Source of the DNA: Pelagomonas calceolata | Lineage: Eukaryota | NCBI GenBank assembly: GCA_918797485.1 | Contig: CAKKNE010000005.1 | Location: 2,356,001 to 2,420,000 of the forward strand | Reading direction: 5' to 3' | Length of the DNA stretch: 64,000 nucleotides | Shown here: positions 10,394-22,422 of the stretch, in pieces | How the letters are laid out: the number at the start of each line of letters is the position of its first letter | Position numbering within the stretch: position 1 is the stretch's first letter | Notes under the pieces: model-generated | Seen by the model: the letters and a program-made list of their open reading frames with translations, nothing else | The model's database searches: none | What the model was told of the DNA's origin: nothing | Made by a program: the position numbers and the translations under genes

Positions 10394-11323
10394 CTAGAGG
10401 CTCGACGTCGGCGCCGCGTAGTTGCCGCGATTCGTATCGAAGACCTTGTTCCGGTCGCCGTACGGGTCGTTCTGCACGAAACTACCGGTGTCGCTCCACA
10501 TCCAGGCGCCCTCCTGGCCGTTGTACTCGAAGACGCCCGAGTGGCCGAAGCTCCGCCGCCGCGACGGCTTTTTGCTGGTCGCGCAGCGGTTCTTCGTCGA
10601 GGGCAGGGGCTCGAGCGCGGCCTCGCGCGCGGCCGCCATCTCGGGCGTCCAGTCGTCAAACCGCCGTTTATACGTAGGCGGTAATCGACGCAGAGGCAGC
10701 TTGTGGATCTTTGTGTAGTTATCTAAGCGCTGCGAGACTTTTGCGGTGTTCGCGCGAGCCCTCGTAAGCAACAGGTTCTGCCTATCCTCTCTTATTTTTT
10801 CATGCTCGGCCAATCCGGAACAGAACTGCTCGATGTTCCACCTAGCTTTGCCTCGTAACTTGGTAGACACCGGCATCTCGAGGTTACAAGTCTTGAAGTT
10901 GTAGGACGGATCGTCGATGGCCGCTTGCCTTATCGTTTGTTTTCTCGATTCGGGCATGACGTCGATCTTGAACTTGTGGGTTTTCGGTAGAGGTTCGAAG
11001 TTCTTTGGGGGCAGTTCTTCGGCTCGGAAATTGTAGGCGTATCTCGCCCTATCATGATCAGCGTTGATCCGAGTCCGCAGCCCAAATTTCTTGGAATACA
11101 AATGACCGGCGGAAGACGCGTTCCATAATGATTTCTCGCCAGGAAAGGTACCACCTCTAGCCCACTTTAACGAGGCGGCCTTGCTTGCTTTCTTCGAGGC
11201 TGGTATATCATCGGGGTGGAAGGTGGGTTCAGACGCAGCATAATTAATAGGGCCCTTGCAGGAGCCGATCTGGAAGCGGGCCTTGAGGAAGGGGTGCTTC
11301 TTTCTAGCGGGGTCGGCGCCCAT
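10394..11323 (-). CDS. Hypothetical basic protein
   Basis: 309-aa ATG-initiated ORF with protein-like composition; no motif recognised. Confidence 0.6.
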   Translation of the reverse strand: MGADPARKKHPFLKARFQIGSCKGPINYAASEPTFHPDDIPASKKASKAASLKWARGGTFPGEKSLWNASSAGHLYSKKFGLRTRINADHDRARYAYNFRAEELPPKNFEPLPKTHKFKIDVMPESRKQTIRQAAIDDPSYNFKTCNLEMPVSTKLRGKARWNIEQFCSGLAEHEKIREDRQNLLLTRARANTAKVSQRLDNYTKIHKLPLRRLPPTYKRRFDDWTPEMAAAREAALEPLPSTKNRCATSKKPSRRRSFGHSGVFEYNGQEGAWMWSDTGSFVQNDPYGDRNKVFDTNRGNYAAPTSSL

Positions 11324-11586
11324 GGCTGTAGTTGCTGCAGGGCTGCCCCCGGTGCGTCCGCTGCAGCGTCTTCTGGGCTGCTGGTTGCCGGGCGTCTAGA
11401 TGATGGGTTCCGAGTGCCTCGCGTGCAATGGGGCTTTGTGCGCCGCTTGCTCCCCGCGTAAATGGCCTGTGCTCCCCGCGTTAGAGTTCGGGTTCCAATC
11501 CCCGATGGCGGTGGCTGGGCGGCGCCGACGAGGTATGCGACCAGTCGCCGCCGCAACTATAGTTCTCGCGTGAAACGTAGCGCTTG

Positions 11587-11608
11587 CTAGTATCTTACAG
11601 CCCGCTAG
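11587..11608. promoter_or_regulatory. CTAG-box motif copy
   Basis: CTAGTATCTTACAGCCCGCTAG in a divergent intergenic region. Confidence 0.65.
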
Positions 11609-11709
11609 CTGTGGTTTCTTGTTTTAGCTTACGAGTCGCCTTGTGCTCCAATTGGTGCACCGCCATAGCTGATTGTTGCAGAAAAGGACCTTCAAGATCC
11701 TTATCCGCC

Positions 11710-13951
11710 ATGTCCAAGCGCCAAAAGACCGATGAAGCATGCCCTTGCTGCGAATTGAGAGCACGCCAGGCCTCGAGCTGGCAATTCCTACCGCCGAACA
11801 TGGCGCCAAAAGGCGCCTGCCAGCAGTGCGTGCTGCCGCCGCCGCCGCCGCTAAGTGACTACCTGCCGCCCTTCGTCTGGCCGCGCACGGCGGCGGAGAT
11901 CGAAGGGCTCGCCCAAGGAGTGGAAATAGACTTCACGTCGACGATGGACCGCGTCGCCGCCGTCTCGGACGCGGACGCGTCCGTGGAGACGGTGTTAAGA
12001 CCGCTCATGGGCGCGCCGCACTACAAGACGAACAAGGCCGTCGTCGAAGCAAAGTTCCTCCAGCACTGCTCGACGGATTCTGCCGTGAGAGAGGCCGCGG
12101 ACAAGGCCGGCGCGCGATTCGCGGCGCTCAAGGCGAAGGGCCGAACGGACCCGCGCATCTACGGCCGCGTCTGCGCGCTGGCGGCGAAGAACACCGTCTC
12201 CGGTCGCGACGCGCACTTCGTGCAAGCATTGAAAGCTGGCTTCGAGCGCAGCGGCCTCAACTTGTCGCCGGCCGACCAGAAGAAGTTGCAGGAACTGCGC
12301 GACGCCGACGCCAAGGTCTGCGGCCTCTTCAAGAAGAACCTCGCCGAGGACAAAACCGAGCTCCTGTTCGACAAGAATGAACTCGAAGGGTGTTCTGATG
12401 CCTGGATCGCGGAGCGGACGAGGGACGGGAAAGTCGTCGTTACGCTCAAATACCCCGATTTGATCCCTGTGCTGCAGCAGTGCTCCGTCGCTGCGACGCG
12501 GCGGCGCGTCTCGCGGGCGCGGGAATGCGAGGCGTACGGCGCGAATTTGGACTACGTGGCGGAAGGCGTCGCGATCCGGAAGCAAATCGCCGACCTGCTG
12601 GGCTACAAGAGCTGGGCGCATCTCAGTACCGAGACGAGGATGAGCGGCTCGCCCGAGGCCGTCACGGCCTTCATGGACCCGCTGCTGGCCAAGGTCAAGG
12701 AGGGCGCGGCGCGGGACCTCGAACGCTTGAAATCTCTGAAGGGTGGGGCCCTCGAGGCCTCCGACGTCAGCTTCTACTCCGCTAAATTATTGAAGGAACA
12801 GTATGGTGTAGATCACGAGGCGGTACGCGCCTACTTTCCTCTCGATCATGTGGTGGCGACGACGCTCGAGATCTACCAGGAGCTGCTAGGCTTAGAGTTC
12901 ATCGAGATCGAGAAGTGTGGACGCGGCGTCGCGAAGCGTCTTCCGATCGTCGCGTCGATGGCGTGGAGGGGATCACGCCGTCACGCCGTCGCAGGTTCGA
13001 CACGTGGCACCCCGCGGTGCGCCTCTTCCGCGTCATTGATGTGGCGACGAAGCAGAAGCAGGGGTTCTTCTACCTCGACTTACATCCCCGCGACGGCAAG
13101 TACGGCCACGCGGCCATCTTCCACCTCCTAAAAAGATGGGGCGACCAGGTGCCGGTGGACTGCATGCTTTGCAACTTACCAGCTCCCTCGGCCGACGGCA
13201 AGCCGGCGTTGTTACGGCACTCGAACTGCGTCACGTTCTTCCACGAGTTCGGACATATTATGCACGGTTTATGTGCTTCCGGTGATGGCAACTCGACGAC
13301 GCTGGCGAAATGCCCGCGCGACTTCGTCGAGGCGCCGTCGCAGATGCTCGAGAACTGGTGCTGGACCGTCGAAGGGTTGAAGCGCCTGTCGAAGCACCAC
13401 GAGACCGGGGCGACGCTGCCGCGCGATTTGCTGGATAAAATGCTCGACGCTAAAAATGTCAACGTCGGGTTGAACATGGCGCGGCAGATCTATCTGTCTA
13501 CTTTGGATTTGGAGATCCACGGCACCGATCCGCCGACGACGGCGGAAGGTCTGCAGGCGCTCGTCGATCGGTTGCGGCCGGAGATCTCGCTCATCGAGAA
13601 CCCGCCGGGCGCGAACATGCTACGCTCGTTCGGTCACCTCATGAATCAATACAGCGCCGCGCTGTGTGGAAATCAAAATTTTACGGCGCGTTCGCGTCGA
13701 CTCCATGCCATCGACGCGCCGATTTCGACACAGGTGCCGCGTATTATGGCTATCTGTGGGCGGAAGTGCTCTCGGCGGATATGTTTAGCCAGTGTTTCGA
13801 GAAGGACCCCTTCGACGCGAAGGCGGGCCGGCGCTACCGGGACCTCGTCCTTGCGCCGGGCGGCGTCGGAAAGATCCTCGACCACCTCACCACGTTCCTC
13901 GGCCGGCCGCCGTCGCAGGAGGCGTTCCTCAAAAGCCGCGGCATCGCGTAA
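11710..13951 (+). CDS. M3-family metallopeptidase (thimet oligopeptidase/neurolysin), 3 exons (11710-12914, 12995-13653, 13734-13951)
   Basis: FYLDLHPRDGKYGHAA, HEFGH zinc motif, DFVEAPSQMLENW, YSAAYYGYLWAEV; removing two 80-nt introns gives a continuous 693-aa ORF. Confidence 0.92.
12915..12994 (+). mobile_element. Degenerate introner-derived intron (80 nt)
   Basis: GT...CAG intron restoring EIEK/FDTWH; starts GTGTGGA like the family TIR and contains the core CGTCGCGTCGATGGCGTGGAG. Confidence 0.7.
13662..13733. mobile_element. Introner element (MITE-like); intron 13654-13733 with GC donor
   Basis: TIRs CTGTGTGGAAATC / GATTTCGACACAG; 8-bp TSD GCGCCGCG (13654-13661) and GTGCCGCG (13734-13741). 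Confidence 0.9.
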
Positions 13952-13964
13952 ACATTAGTTCTAC

Positions 13965-16900
13965 TTAGTCCTCAAAATCGTCATCCCCGTACCCATCGTC
14001 GTCCGAGTCATCGTTCTCCAGTGGTTGCGTCGACGTATCGGCAGGAGAAGGCCGGTGCGGCTCCGCGGCCCGCTTCAGCGCCGCGTCGAAGGCGTCCATG
14101 GCCCCATCGTCGAACTCGACGTCCGGCGTGTGCGGCCGCTGCTCGAGCAGCTCGTCGTACTTGTCGAGCGCGCAATCTAGTAAAGCAGCGACGGCATCCA
14201 CTATATTGGGAGGCCGCTTCAGGGGCGACTCGTCGATCTTCTTCAGGTGCCGCTCCAACCTTCTTTTGAGTTTCTCGAGGCCACTCATCACATGCGCGTG
14301 TTCTTCACTCATCTCCCGCCGCACCTCCGCGACGCGCGCCTCGACGTCCTGCCTTTCCGTCAAAACCCCGCGCATGTTGTTTGCTTCCCTCTCTTTATAC
14401 GCCTCGACTTGTTCTTGCGCATCTGTTAACTCATCCCTCGCATCGTTCAGCTGCTCCGTCAGCCGGACGTAGCCGTCCATGCCGTCGTCTCGTTCTTCCA
14501 CAACTCTCTCAAGTTCATAAGTCAAGCGCTCCTCGGCACCACGCGCGGCGTCGCGCTCCTCCTCGGCCACGGCCAGCGCTAATCTAGTTTGCTCGGCGAC
14601 GTCGGCCGCGGCCTCGCCCTCGGCGCGCGCATCATCTAATTCCTGGGCGAGCTGCACGCACTGGTCGTCGCGTTTCGCGAGTTCATCGTCGCCCTCCTCT
14701 AATCGAGAGCGCACGGCCTCGAGCTCCGATCGTAATTGTCTTTCTGAATCGCGCGCGGCGGCCAGTTCCGAATCAACTTGAGCGGCGCGGCCCTCCGCCT
14801 CCTTGACCAAATCTTCGGCCGCGGCCGCGTCTACTTTAAGACGCCTTAACTCGTTCTGCACTTCATCACTCTGGCGTCTCGATTCCTCAACCTCCTTCGA
14901 GGCCTCATCTGAAGCCATCTGCGCGGCGTCGTACGCGCCTTGCAATTTGAGGAGCTCGAGCTCGGCCTGCTTCTGGGAGGACTTGAAGGCGTCTCTCTCC
15001 GACTCCGCGGCGATCAACGCCTCCTTGGCGCTCTGGAGCTCCGTCCGCGCGTCGTCCAGCTCCGTCGACAGGCGCTGCACGTCCTGTAAAGCTTTTGTAC
15101 GAGCCTCCCACAACCCTTTCTCCTTGTCGTCACTTTCCGTCTTCGCCACTCTCAGTGATTCTTGGGCCGCCACGACCTCGCTCCGCGCCGCGTCGAGTTG
15201 TGTCCGGAGGTCGTCCGCGACCGTGTCGGCCTCCTTCAATCGTGCAGCGTCGGCCTCGCGCATCTTCTCCTGAGCCTCCCTTGCACTCTCGAGGGCAGCC
15301 GTCAGCTCGGCGATCTCGCCGGACTGCTGCCCGTCGTTTGTCCGCAGCGACTCCAAACGCGCGTCCCGGTCCCTTACCTGAGCCTCCGCCTCCCTTAATG
15401 AATCTTCGGCCGCCCGTGTCTTCGTTTGTAGTTCAATTTCGTGCGCCTGGGCCTGGGTCACCTTGCCCTGGGCCTCCTGGAGCTTCTCGCGGACCTCTCT
15501 CAGAGATGCTTCTGTGGAAGATAAAGCCTTCTTCGCGTCATTCAATTCCGAAGTCACTTGATCAACCTTCTGCTGGACCGTGGCTAGCTCCGTGGACGCG
15601 CCCTCGAGCTTGCGCGTTAGATCGTCGGACTTCGTTTGAGCTAACTTAGCTTGCGTTTCCAGCTCGCGCTGTCTGCCTTCGCTATCTCGTAATTTCTCCG
15701 TCGCCTTCGAGGCCTCCTCCCTTAACAGTTTCTCCCGCTCGACGGCCTCGCTTTGTATTGACAAATGCTTCTTCTCGGCGGCCCTCAGTCTGGACACCTC
15801 GGCCTCCAAATCCGCGAGTCGCTGGGACTCGCTGGCGCGCCGCTGGGCCTCGCCCCGCGTCGCTTTGCGAGCTGCACTTTGCGCCGCCCTTGCCACGACC
15901 TCGGCCGTCGCTCGCATGCATCGCGCGAGCTTGTCGGCGTCCGCGTCTAGGGCGGACGCGGCTTCTCCCGCGTTCATGGCGGATTCCGATAATGAAGGGC
16001 CGCTCGTTCCTGTTTCTAACCCTAATTTGCACGCTCCACTATTACCAGTCTCCCATTTTACAATGGAGACGCGCCATCTTTCCGCTTTCTGATTAACAGG
16101 AGCGCGACCATCAGTAACTCGCACCTCCGTGGCCTCCCAAGTATTCTGACGAAGCGCCTCCACTTTCAATGTATGAGGCGTCGACGCCACGTTGGACGTC
16201 GGTACGGCTTTCGCCGCCGCTAATTGCAGTAAAGCATTGGTCCCGTCCACACCACTGCCAGCTAATATGTTGTCGCTCGAACACGACGGACAATCGATAA
16301 TTTTGAGCCACGCGTCAAAGTGGCTTTGTTTCACATCATTAGGAGCCTTCGGATCTAATGGTTGAGGTGCATCGGTCCACCCGGCTTTCGTGGAGATGGC
16401 TTGCAAAGCATCGGCGACGAAGCGCACCGGCGGCCTCTGGAGTAATTTCAGGGCCTTCTCTGGCGTTAATCGCAGGGTCTTCCAGTCTAATGCAGAGGAG
16501 AGGCGTGCGATCGTGATTTTGGCGTCGGCGCCGTCGATTTGAGGAGTGACGGTGCCGGGCGCTATTTTCACGCTGGAAACGTGGGCGTCTCCCACATCGA
16601 ACTCAGCATACTCAGAAGGTGTGTTCATCCAACCGTCGCCCCGTCCTAAACAAGCAGTCTTGACGTCTCCGGACGAGACGGCGACGGGTCTCGCGGGCGG
16701 CCTTGCGGGCGCGTCGGACTCGGCCCTGGACGCGACGGCTTCCAATGCATGTCGTACATTATGGGCGGACGCCGATGCTCGTGAAGAGGCCTCCTGCAAC
16801 GCATCGCTTGCGGCTCGCAACGCTTCAGCATCGTCAGCATTTTCCGACGCGCGCTCGGCCTCCTGGACCAATTGTTGCGCCGCCTTCACCAGGTCCGACC

Positions 16901-18835
16901 CGCCGTCATCAGAAGACACCAGAGCCGCTCGTTCGGAAGCGAGCGATGCTCTCAGAGCGCCGCGCCGCGCCTTGCACTGATCTAAGACAAGTTCGACCCT
17001 TGCTTTCTTCGTCCGGTCCTGCTGCGTCACGAAATCACTTAACGATGCCTCGACGTCCGCTATCAACGCGTCGGCGCCCTTGAGTAGCGACGTTTCCCCC
17101 TCGCGCATCTTGTCGAGCTCGCCGCTGAGTTGTTGCCTGCGTGGTGTTCGCGCGTTTTGTTTGGCCCTTCCCCCTCGTCGCCGGCGCGCGGCGTGTGGAT
17201 CACTTACGCCATCGCCGCGACGCCCCGCAAAAAAAAGGACGCCGCGCCGCACAGCCGGCCCTGCGCAGAATCAGCGGCGGCCTTGGCCGACCGCGCTCGC
17301 TCGACGGGGTCCTCGTCGTCATAAGAAGACCCTAAATCAGCTAATAAAGCGTCCCGCAACACGTTCAAGTGCGCTCTCCTATCACCGACCCGAGCCTTCA
17401 GCCCGTCCAACCGTCGAGCCTGGTCGGCCCAAGAAGAAGGTAGATTGAGCTCCCGCACACTCAACTCGACGTCGCCCTTCTCCCTCAACAACTGAAAGCG
17501 CTTCCTCCGCTCCGATTCGGCCCTCTTGGCCGCATCTCGAGTAGCCTTCCGTAACCGCTGCATCTCGCTTTCGTGTTTCTTGGACTGCTCCTGCTTCTCG
17601 GCCCAGGTTTGTTTTGTCAACATTTCCATCTCTCGTATTTGGTCCTGGATCTGAGTTTGGGCTTTGGACAAAGCCTCATCGTCTTGGACGACACCTGATG
17701 GCGCAGCTTTCTCGGCGAGCATCTTCTTGAGGCGGGCGACCTCCTCATTTAATTTATCGATCTGGCCGGACTCCTCGTTCTTGGTGACCGTCTTCTTGAT
17801 CGTCTTCGCGCGCGCGGCGTATCTCAATGTCGACAGCGTTTCCTTGCCATTCAACAAGGCGGGACTGAGCGTAGCCAGCATGGTGCACAACGCATTACCG
17901 CCCAGCGACTCTTGTAAAACTCGCGTTAATTTACTGTTGCGATATTGAATGAAGACGCCCTTCTTGCCCCGGGCTTGTTCCACCAACGCATTAATAACTG
18001 AACCAAGCGTCGTCAGCGACTTGTTGATGTTCGCGCCCTCCTTGAGGCGCTTGCCGGACGCGCCGGTCCGGTCCGCCCTCTCGGAGCCGGCCAAATCCAC
18101 GAGATTCAATTTCGCGTAACACGACTTCGATTCATTTTCCGTATCTTTTTGATGTACAGTAACTAAACAAACAGAGTGCGACCTCGAGGATTCGGCGTTC
18201 ATGTCCGTGCTACCAACACTCCTATTCTTCTGACCGAGGTCCATGAGTTCTTGGACTTTGGCCGCGTCGTTGGCCACGATCTGCTGCAGGCCCTGCACGT
18301 GGATGCCCAATACCGGGTGCTCCTTGATCTGCAGGCCGCCCGATCTTTCTTTATCCTTGCGCGGCCGCGGGTCCAATAAGTCATACACGATCTCGTTATA
18401 GATCTCAAAGTACGAACACTGTACTAAGTATAGTTTTTCCTCCGACGAATTTTCGATCCTCTCGAAGATCTCCGCGTTGATGCGCGGGATCAATCCTCTG
18501 TTATCGCCAGACGCACCAGTCATGGACCAGGACTTGCCACTACCAGTCTGGCCATATGCGAAGACCGTCGTGTTAAACCCAGCGAAGGCCGCATCGACGA
18601 CCGGTTTACCGACGTCCTCATAGACTTGTAACTGGGTAGAGTCCGCATCATAGACGTGATCAAAACCGAATTCAATGGGATTGCCGCCGTTCTGGCGGCC
18701 GTCGGGATCTTGGAGTCTGGCAACATTGCCGTCCTTCGTGAAGATCGACCGGTCACCTTCGCTCAGTTCTTTCTTTGATAACGGTCTACATCTTAGGGCT
18801 ACTTTCACGTTGACGGCGTCGCCGGTGGCCGGCAT
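13965..18835 (-). CDS. Giant N-terminal kinesin with internal IFT54/TRAF3IP1-like CH domain and long coiled coil, 2 exons (17253-18835, 13965-17136)
   Basis: Motor motifs GQTGSGKS, NAESSRSH, LVDLAGSE; a GT-AG intron 17137-17252 joins two ORFs into about 1584 aa. Confidence 0.85.
17137..17252 (-). mobile_element. Degenerate introner-derived intron (116 nt)
   Basis: Begins CT|GTGCGG, ends CCACGCAG and contains the core CGTCGCGGCGATGGCGT; restores RL/QQLSGEL. Confidence 0.65.
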
Positions 18836-19088
18836 CGTTGCTCCCTTGTGTGGATGTGAGCGCAGCGGTCGATGGGGCAGCGGTTCGCGGCTGCCTTTTT
18901 GTGCGCTGCCGTGCGTGCGCGCGGGTGCTGGAACGACTGTCTTTCGCGCGCCGCTGCAGCGCTTTGCGCAGCGCCGTGTCGGTTGGCCCAGCCCCAGGCT
19001 CATGCTAGTGTTCCCTAGCTATCTGCTTTTCCCCGCACGAGACGTCGTCGAGGCGGCCTGCGCGTTCTTTTCTCGCAATTGCTGCTTT

Positions 19089-19111
19089 CTAGTGTCTTTA
19101 CATGCCGCTAG
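19089..19111. promoter_or_regulatory. CTAG-box motif copy
   Basis: CTAGTGTCTTTACATGCCGCTAG between kinesin and GNAT. Confidence 0.65.
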
Positions 19112-19331
19112 CTAAGCTCGTGTTGTGGTAGCAACGAGTCAGAACCACTGCATAGGCTGGTTTGGGAGCTATTCGTTGATTCCAGGAGTTGTAAGCACTC
19201 ATACACTATAACGAGTGCGCATAGACAGCAACACTTGCATTGTCTGGCACCCCAGGCTGATTGTTGCAGCCCACCTCAGCGTGCAGCCTGGTGATTAGCG
19301 TGCACCCTCCACGCCAACGACGCGGCCCATC

Positions 19332-20063
19332 ATGCATCGCATCATCACATTACTCGCATGCACAACTGCAGCTGCACTCACGCCGTCGGGCGTCCGCACG
19401 CGTGACGCGGCCCTCACCCAGACGAGGGTCCGCACGCGCGTCATGTCCGACGGCGAGATCTTGCGACGGAGCGCCGAGGTGGGCCCCCTCGTGCGCGCCT
19501 TCTCGGTCGGGCAAAGGGGCCGGGGCAGCGGCGTGTCTACGTTAAACGTGGCCGAGGCGTCGGCGCTGCAAGCGGCTACTGATGAACTCATCGCGAAGCG
19601 CAAGAAGTGCGACGGAAGCGTCATCGTCGCCCAGAAAAACAAGCAATTAGTGGGTTTCGCGCTCGTGAACGACGATGTCCTGGAGACGGTCGCGGTGGCG
19701 GTCGACGAGCGCGGGCGGGGCGTCGGCGCGCAGCTCGTCGACGCCGCGGGGGCGTTGGCGAGCTCCGGTGGCAATGACGAGTTGCTGGTCGAGGTCGAGC
19801 CGCAAAATGGCCGGGGCAGAAACTTCTTCGAAGGTTTGGGCTTCGAGAGCACGGGCGAACGCCGAGGGACGCTGGCGGTCCTCTCCAAGCCGCTGCCCTG
19901 GCGGCCGCCGCCGCTGGTGGTTTCATTCGTGATCGGGCTGCCGATTGTCGTTGCGCTCGCCGGGATGGCGGCGTCGGGCGACGCGTTTGATGTGGAGGGT
20001 GTGGTCGCGGCGGTCACGGGGCTCGCCGATGGGCTCGCCGATAGGCTCCCCGTGCCGATCTAA
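19332..20063 (+). CDS. GNAT-family acetyltransferase, probably plastid-targeted, with C-terminal TM
   Basis: Signal peptide; VAVDERGRGVGAQLV acetyl-CoA motif; N...NFFEGLGF. Confidence 0.8.
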   Translation: MHRIITLLACTTAAALTPSGVRTRDAALTQTRVRTRVMSDGEILRRSAEVGPLVRAFSVGQRGRGSGVSTLNVAEASALQAATDELIAKRKKCDGSVIVAQKNKQLVGFALVNDDVLETVAVAVDERGRGVGAQLVDAAGALASSGGNDELLVEVEPQNGRGRNFFEGLGFESTGERRGTLAVLSKPLPWRPPPLVVSFVIGLPIVVALAGMAASGDAFDVEGVVAAVTGLADGLADRLPVPI

Positions 20064-20201
20064 GCTTGTGTTGTTTTCATGTGCGTGCGCGGTGGAGCGT
20101 AGCCGCTTGGGCACGCGCCGGTGTCCGACGCCTGCGGCGCTCCTTTCGTTGCCCGGAGTTTGGAGGGCTAGTACGTTTGTGGAGACGAGTCGTGGGACCT
20201 A

Positions 20202-20816
20202 GTGCCGCCGGAGGACGAGCCGAGGACCTTGCTTTGCATGCTCTTTGTGGACCGCCGCGCGGCGCTCACACGCCAATACGTGACATATCAACCTCGTCAG
20301 GAGTTTGTCGTGACCTATCCTGTCCTACGCTCAGGACGGCGCGGCAAATCTCGTCTCAGGAAGTGTGACCAGGCATTCCCAGTCGACCATCGGAGACGTT
20401 CTCGTCCTGCAGCTGCTCGGCGAAAAGACGTGGTCCATCGACGGCCGCGACGACGACGTCACGCTCAAGCCGGGCGACGCGCTCTGGATTCCGCAGGGCG
20501 TCTCGCACTCGGCGGTCGCGCAGTCGACGCTCTCTGGTCACGTAACTATTCACGGAATCACGCCGGAGCACGTCGCAGGGCCCAGAGCTGCTGCCGTTGG
20601 ACCGCAGCCAAGACTTGCGTTTGGATTGACTACGAATGGTCCGAGTGCAGAACAGGGGGGACCCGCCTCGACGTCACCGCGGCGGACGCCCGCGGCGCCT
20701 CGGCGTTCTCGACGCTCCTCCTCGTCGGCGCATTGCTCCTGATCGCTGGGTTCATCGTCGGCCGAAAGGCCACGCGCGCCGCCGAGTCGGAGCCGCTCCT
20801 CGCCACGACGGCCTAG
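20202..20816 (+). pseudogene. Frameshifted JmjC/cupin-4 oxygenase fragment
   Basis: DVLVLQLLGEKTW and VTLKPGDALWIPQGVSHSA lie in one frame while flanking protein-like segments lie in another; no clean start. Confidence 0.5.
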
Positions 20817-20904
20817 GCCAAGCCCCCCGATCCCGCGACATCCCACGCGGTCGCCCTACGCGGGCGAGAACCCTGTCCCCCTAGTTAACCTCTCGTATTT
20901 AAGA

Positions 20905-22032
20905 TTAGAACCGCGGCGCGAACCCCATCGCCGCCTTGGCCGCGTCTAAGGTTCGAGTAGCGGTCTCGTCCGCCCGCTCGGCACCGCTCTTCAGCACGCC
21001 ACTCAGGTACGCCTTGTCCGCAGACACTTCGGCGTACTTGAGCTGGATCGGCTCCAAGTGCGCCACAACAGCATCAGCCAGGCGCGGCTTGAAGCCGCCC
21101 CAGGACAAATCACCCACTTCGGCTAAGATAGCGTCGCGCTCCATGCCGGTCACCGCTTGGTAAATATTCAGCAGGTTCGTGGCTTCCGGCCGCTCGGGGT
21201 TGTCCCACTCGAGTCCCGTGAACTCGTCGGACTTGCACTTTTTTATTTTACGAGCAATTGTAGCGGGGTCATCATTTAAGTTGATGCGCGAGTTGTCGAG
21301 CTCCGCGGATTTGCTCATCTTCGCGCGACCGTCCGTGAGAGACATCACGCGAGCACCCTCCTTCACGATCAGCGCCTTCGGCTCCCTGAAAACACGCTTT
21401 TTTCTTTTGCAGTACAAGTCGTGGAACCGCCTGGCTATGTCTCTCGTGAGTTCTAGGTGCTGCCGCTGATCTTCTCCCACAGGAACTAAACCAGCTTGAT
21501 ATAATAAAATGTCGGCGGCCATCAATACGGGATAATCGAACAACCCCACACCCACGTTCTCGCCCTGCTTCTGTTTTTTTTCCTTGTACTGGATCATCCG
21601 CTCGAGCCAATTGATCGGCGTCATGCAATTCAATAACCAACATAATTCCGCGTGCGCCGTCACGTGGGACTGGACGAAGATCGGCGACTTCTCCGGATCA
21701 ATACCCGCCGCAATATACAAAGCCGCGGCGTCCAGCGTTTCCTGCTGCAGTAATTTCGGATTGTGCGGCGCCGTGATCGCGTGCAAATCGACGACACAGA
21801 AAAAGCTGTCGTAGTCGTCCTGGAACTGCACCCATTGCCGGATCGCGCCCAAGTAGTTGCCCAAGTGCAGCGTGCCCGTCGGCTGCACGCCACTGAGGAC
21901 GCGCTCGCGCCGCTCCTCGGCGGGTGCTGCACTCTCAGCCAGTGTCGTGAGTGGCCGCAGCGGCCGCGCCCGGGGGACGAGCGCACTGCAGCGCGCTGCA
22001 ACCGCTAACATGAGAGCGCTTCGTCGTGGCAT
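20905..22032 (-). CDS. trpS: Organellar (bacterial-type) tryptophanyl-tRNA synthetase
   Basis: SGVQPTGTLHLGNYLGAI, YPVLMAADILLY, VPVGEDQRQHLE, KMSKS; N-terminal targeting leader. Confidence 0.95.
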   Translation of the reverse strand: MPRRSALMLAVAARCSALVPRARPLRPLTTLAESAAPAEERRERVLSGVQPTGTLHLGNYLGAIRQWVQFQDDYDSFFCVVDLHAITAPHNPKLLQQETLDAAALYIAAGIDPEKSPIFVQSHVTAHAELCWLLNCMTPINWLERMIQYKEKKQKQGENVGVGLFDYPVLMAADILLYQAGLVPVGEDQRQHLELTRDIARRFHDLYCKRKKRVFREPKALIVKEGARVMSLTDGRAKMSKSAELDNSRINLNDDPATIARKIKKCKSDEFTGLEWDNPERPEATNLLNIYQAVTGMERDAILAEVGDLSWGGFKPRLADAVVAHLEPIQLKYAEVSADKAYLSGVLKSGAERADETATRTLDAAKAAMGFAPRF

Positions 22033-22213
22033 CGATGCTGGCGTGCAGACCAGCGCTGTCAGCAGCCCTGGCGACAGACAGCCTCGTGTGCTTTAGCGAT
22101 GCGGCGCGTCGATGGCGTCTGGCCGTGCTGTGTGTCTGTACCGCAGCCAGCGAAGCTGTGGAGCGTCTCTGGACGGCACGGCTGCGAGTTTGCACCGCAA
22201 CCTCAGTCGCTTC

Positions 22214-22235
22214 CTAGTGGCTTGCACGACGCTAG
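22214..22235. promoter_or_regulatory. CTAG-box motif copy
   Basis: CTAGTGGCTTGCACGACGCTAG between trpS and TRM112. Confidence 0.55.
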
Positions 22236-22422
22236 CTTGCTATAGCGGCAAAAACGCAGCGGCGACTTAGACTGATACAAGAAATCGCAACAAACGCTCA
22301 CGTTTCAACACTACGACTCGCCAAGATCTGCGGCCGCAGTCGTTGGCATCGCTGCTGGCTCAGCTGGCTCCTAACCCAGCACCTCTGCAGCAGTGCAACA
22401 CGCCGGCGACGCGACGCCAGCA

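Noticed and set aside
12915..13958. M3 peptidase as a frameshifted pseudogene
   Set aside because: Two 80-nt introns restore a full-length ORF with intact HEFGH
22101..22120. Introner core-like GCGTCGATGGCGT upstream of trpS
   Set aside because: No TIR or TSD; too short to call in GC-rich DNA
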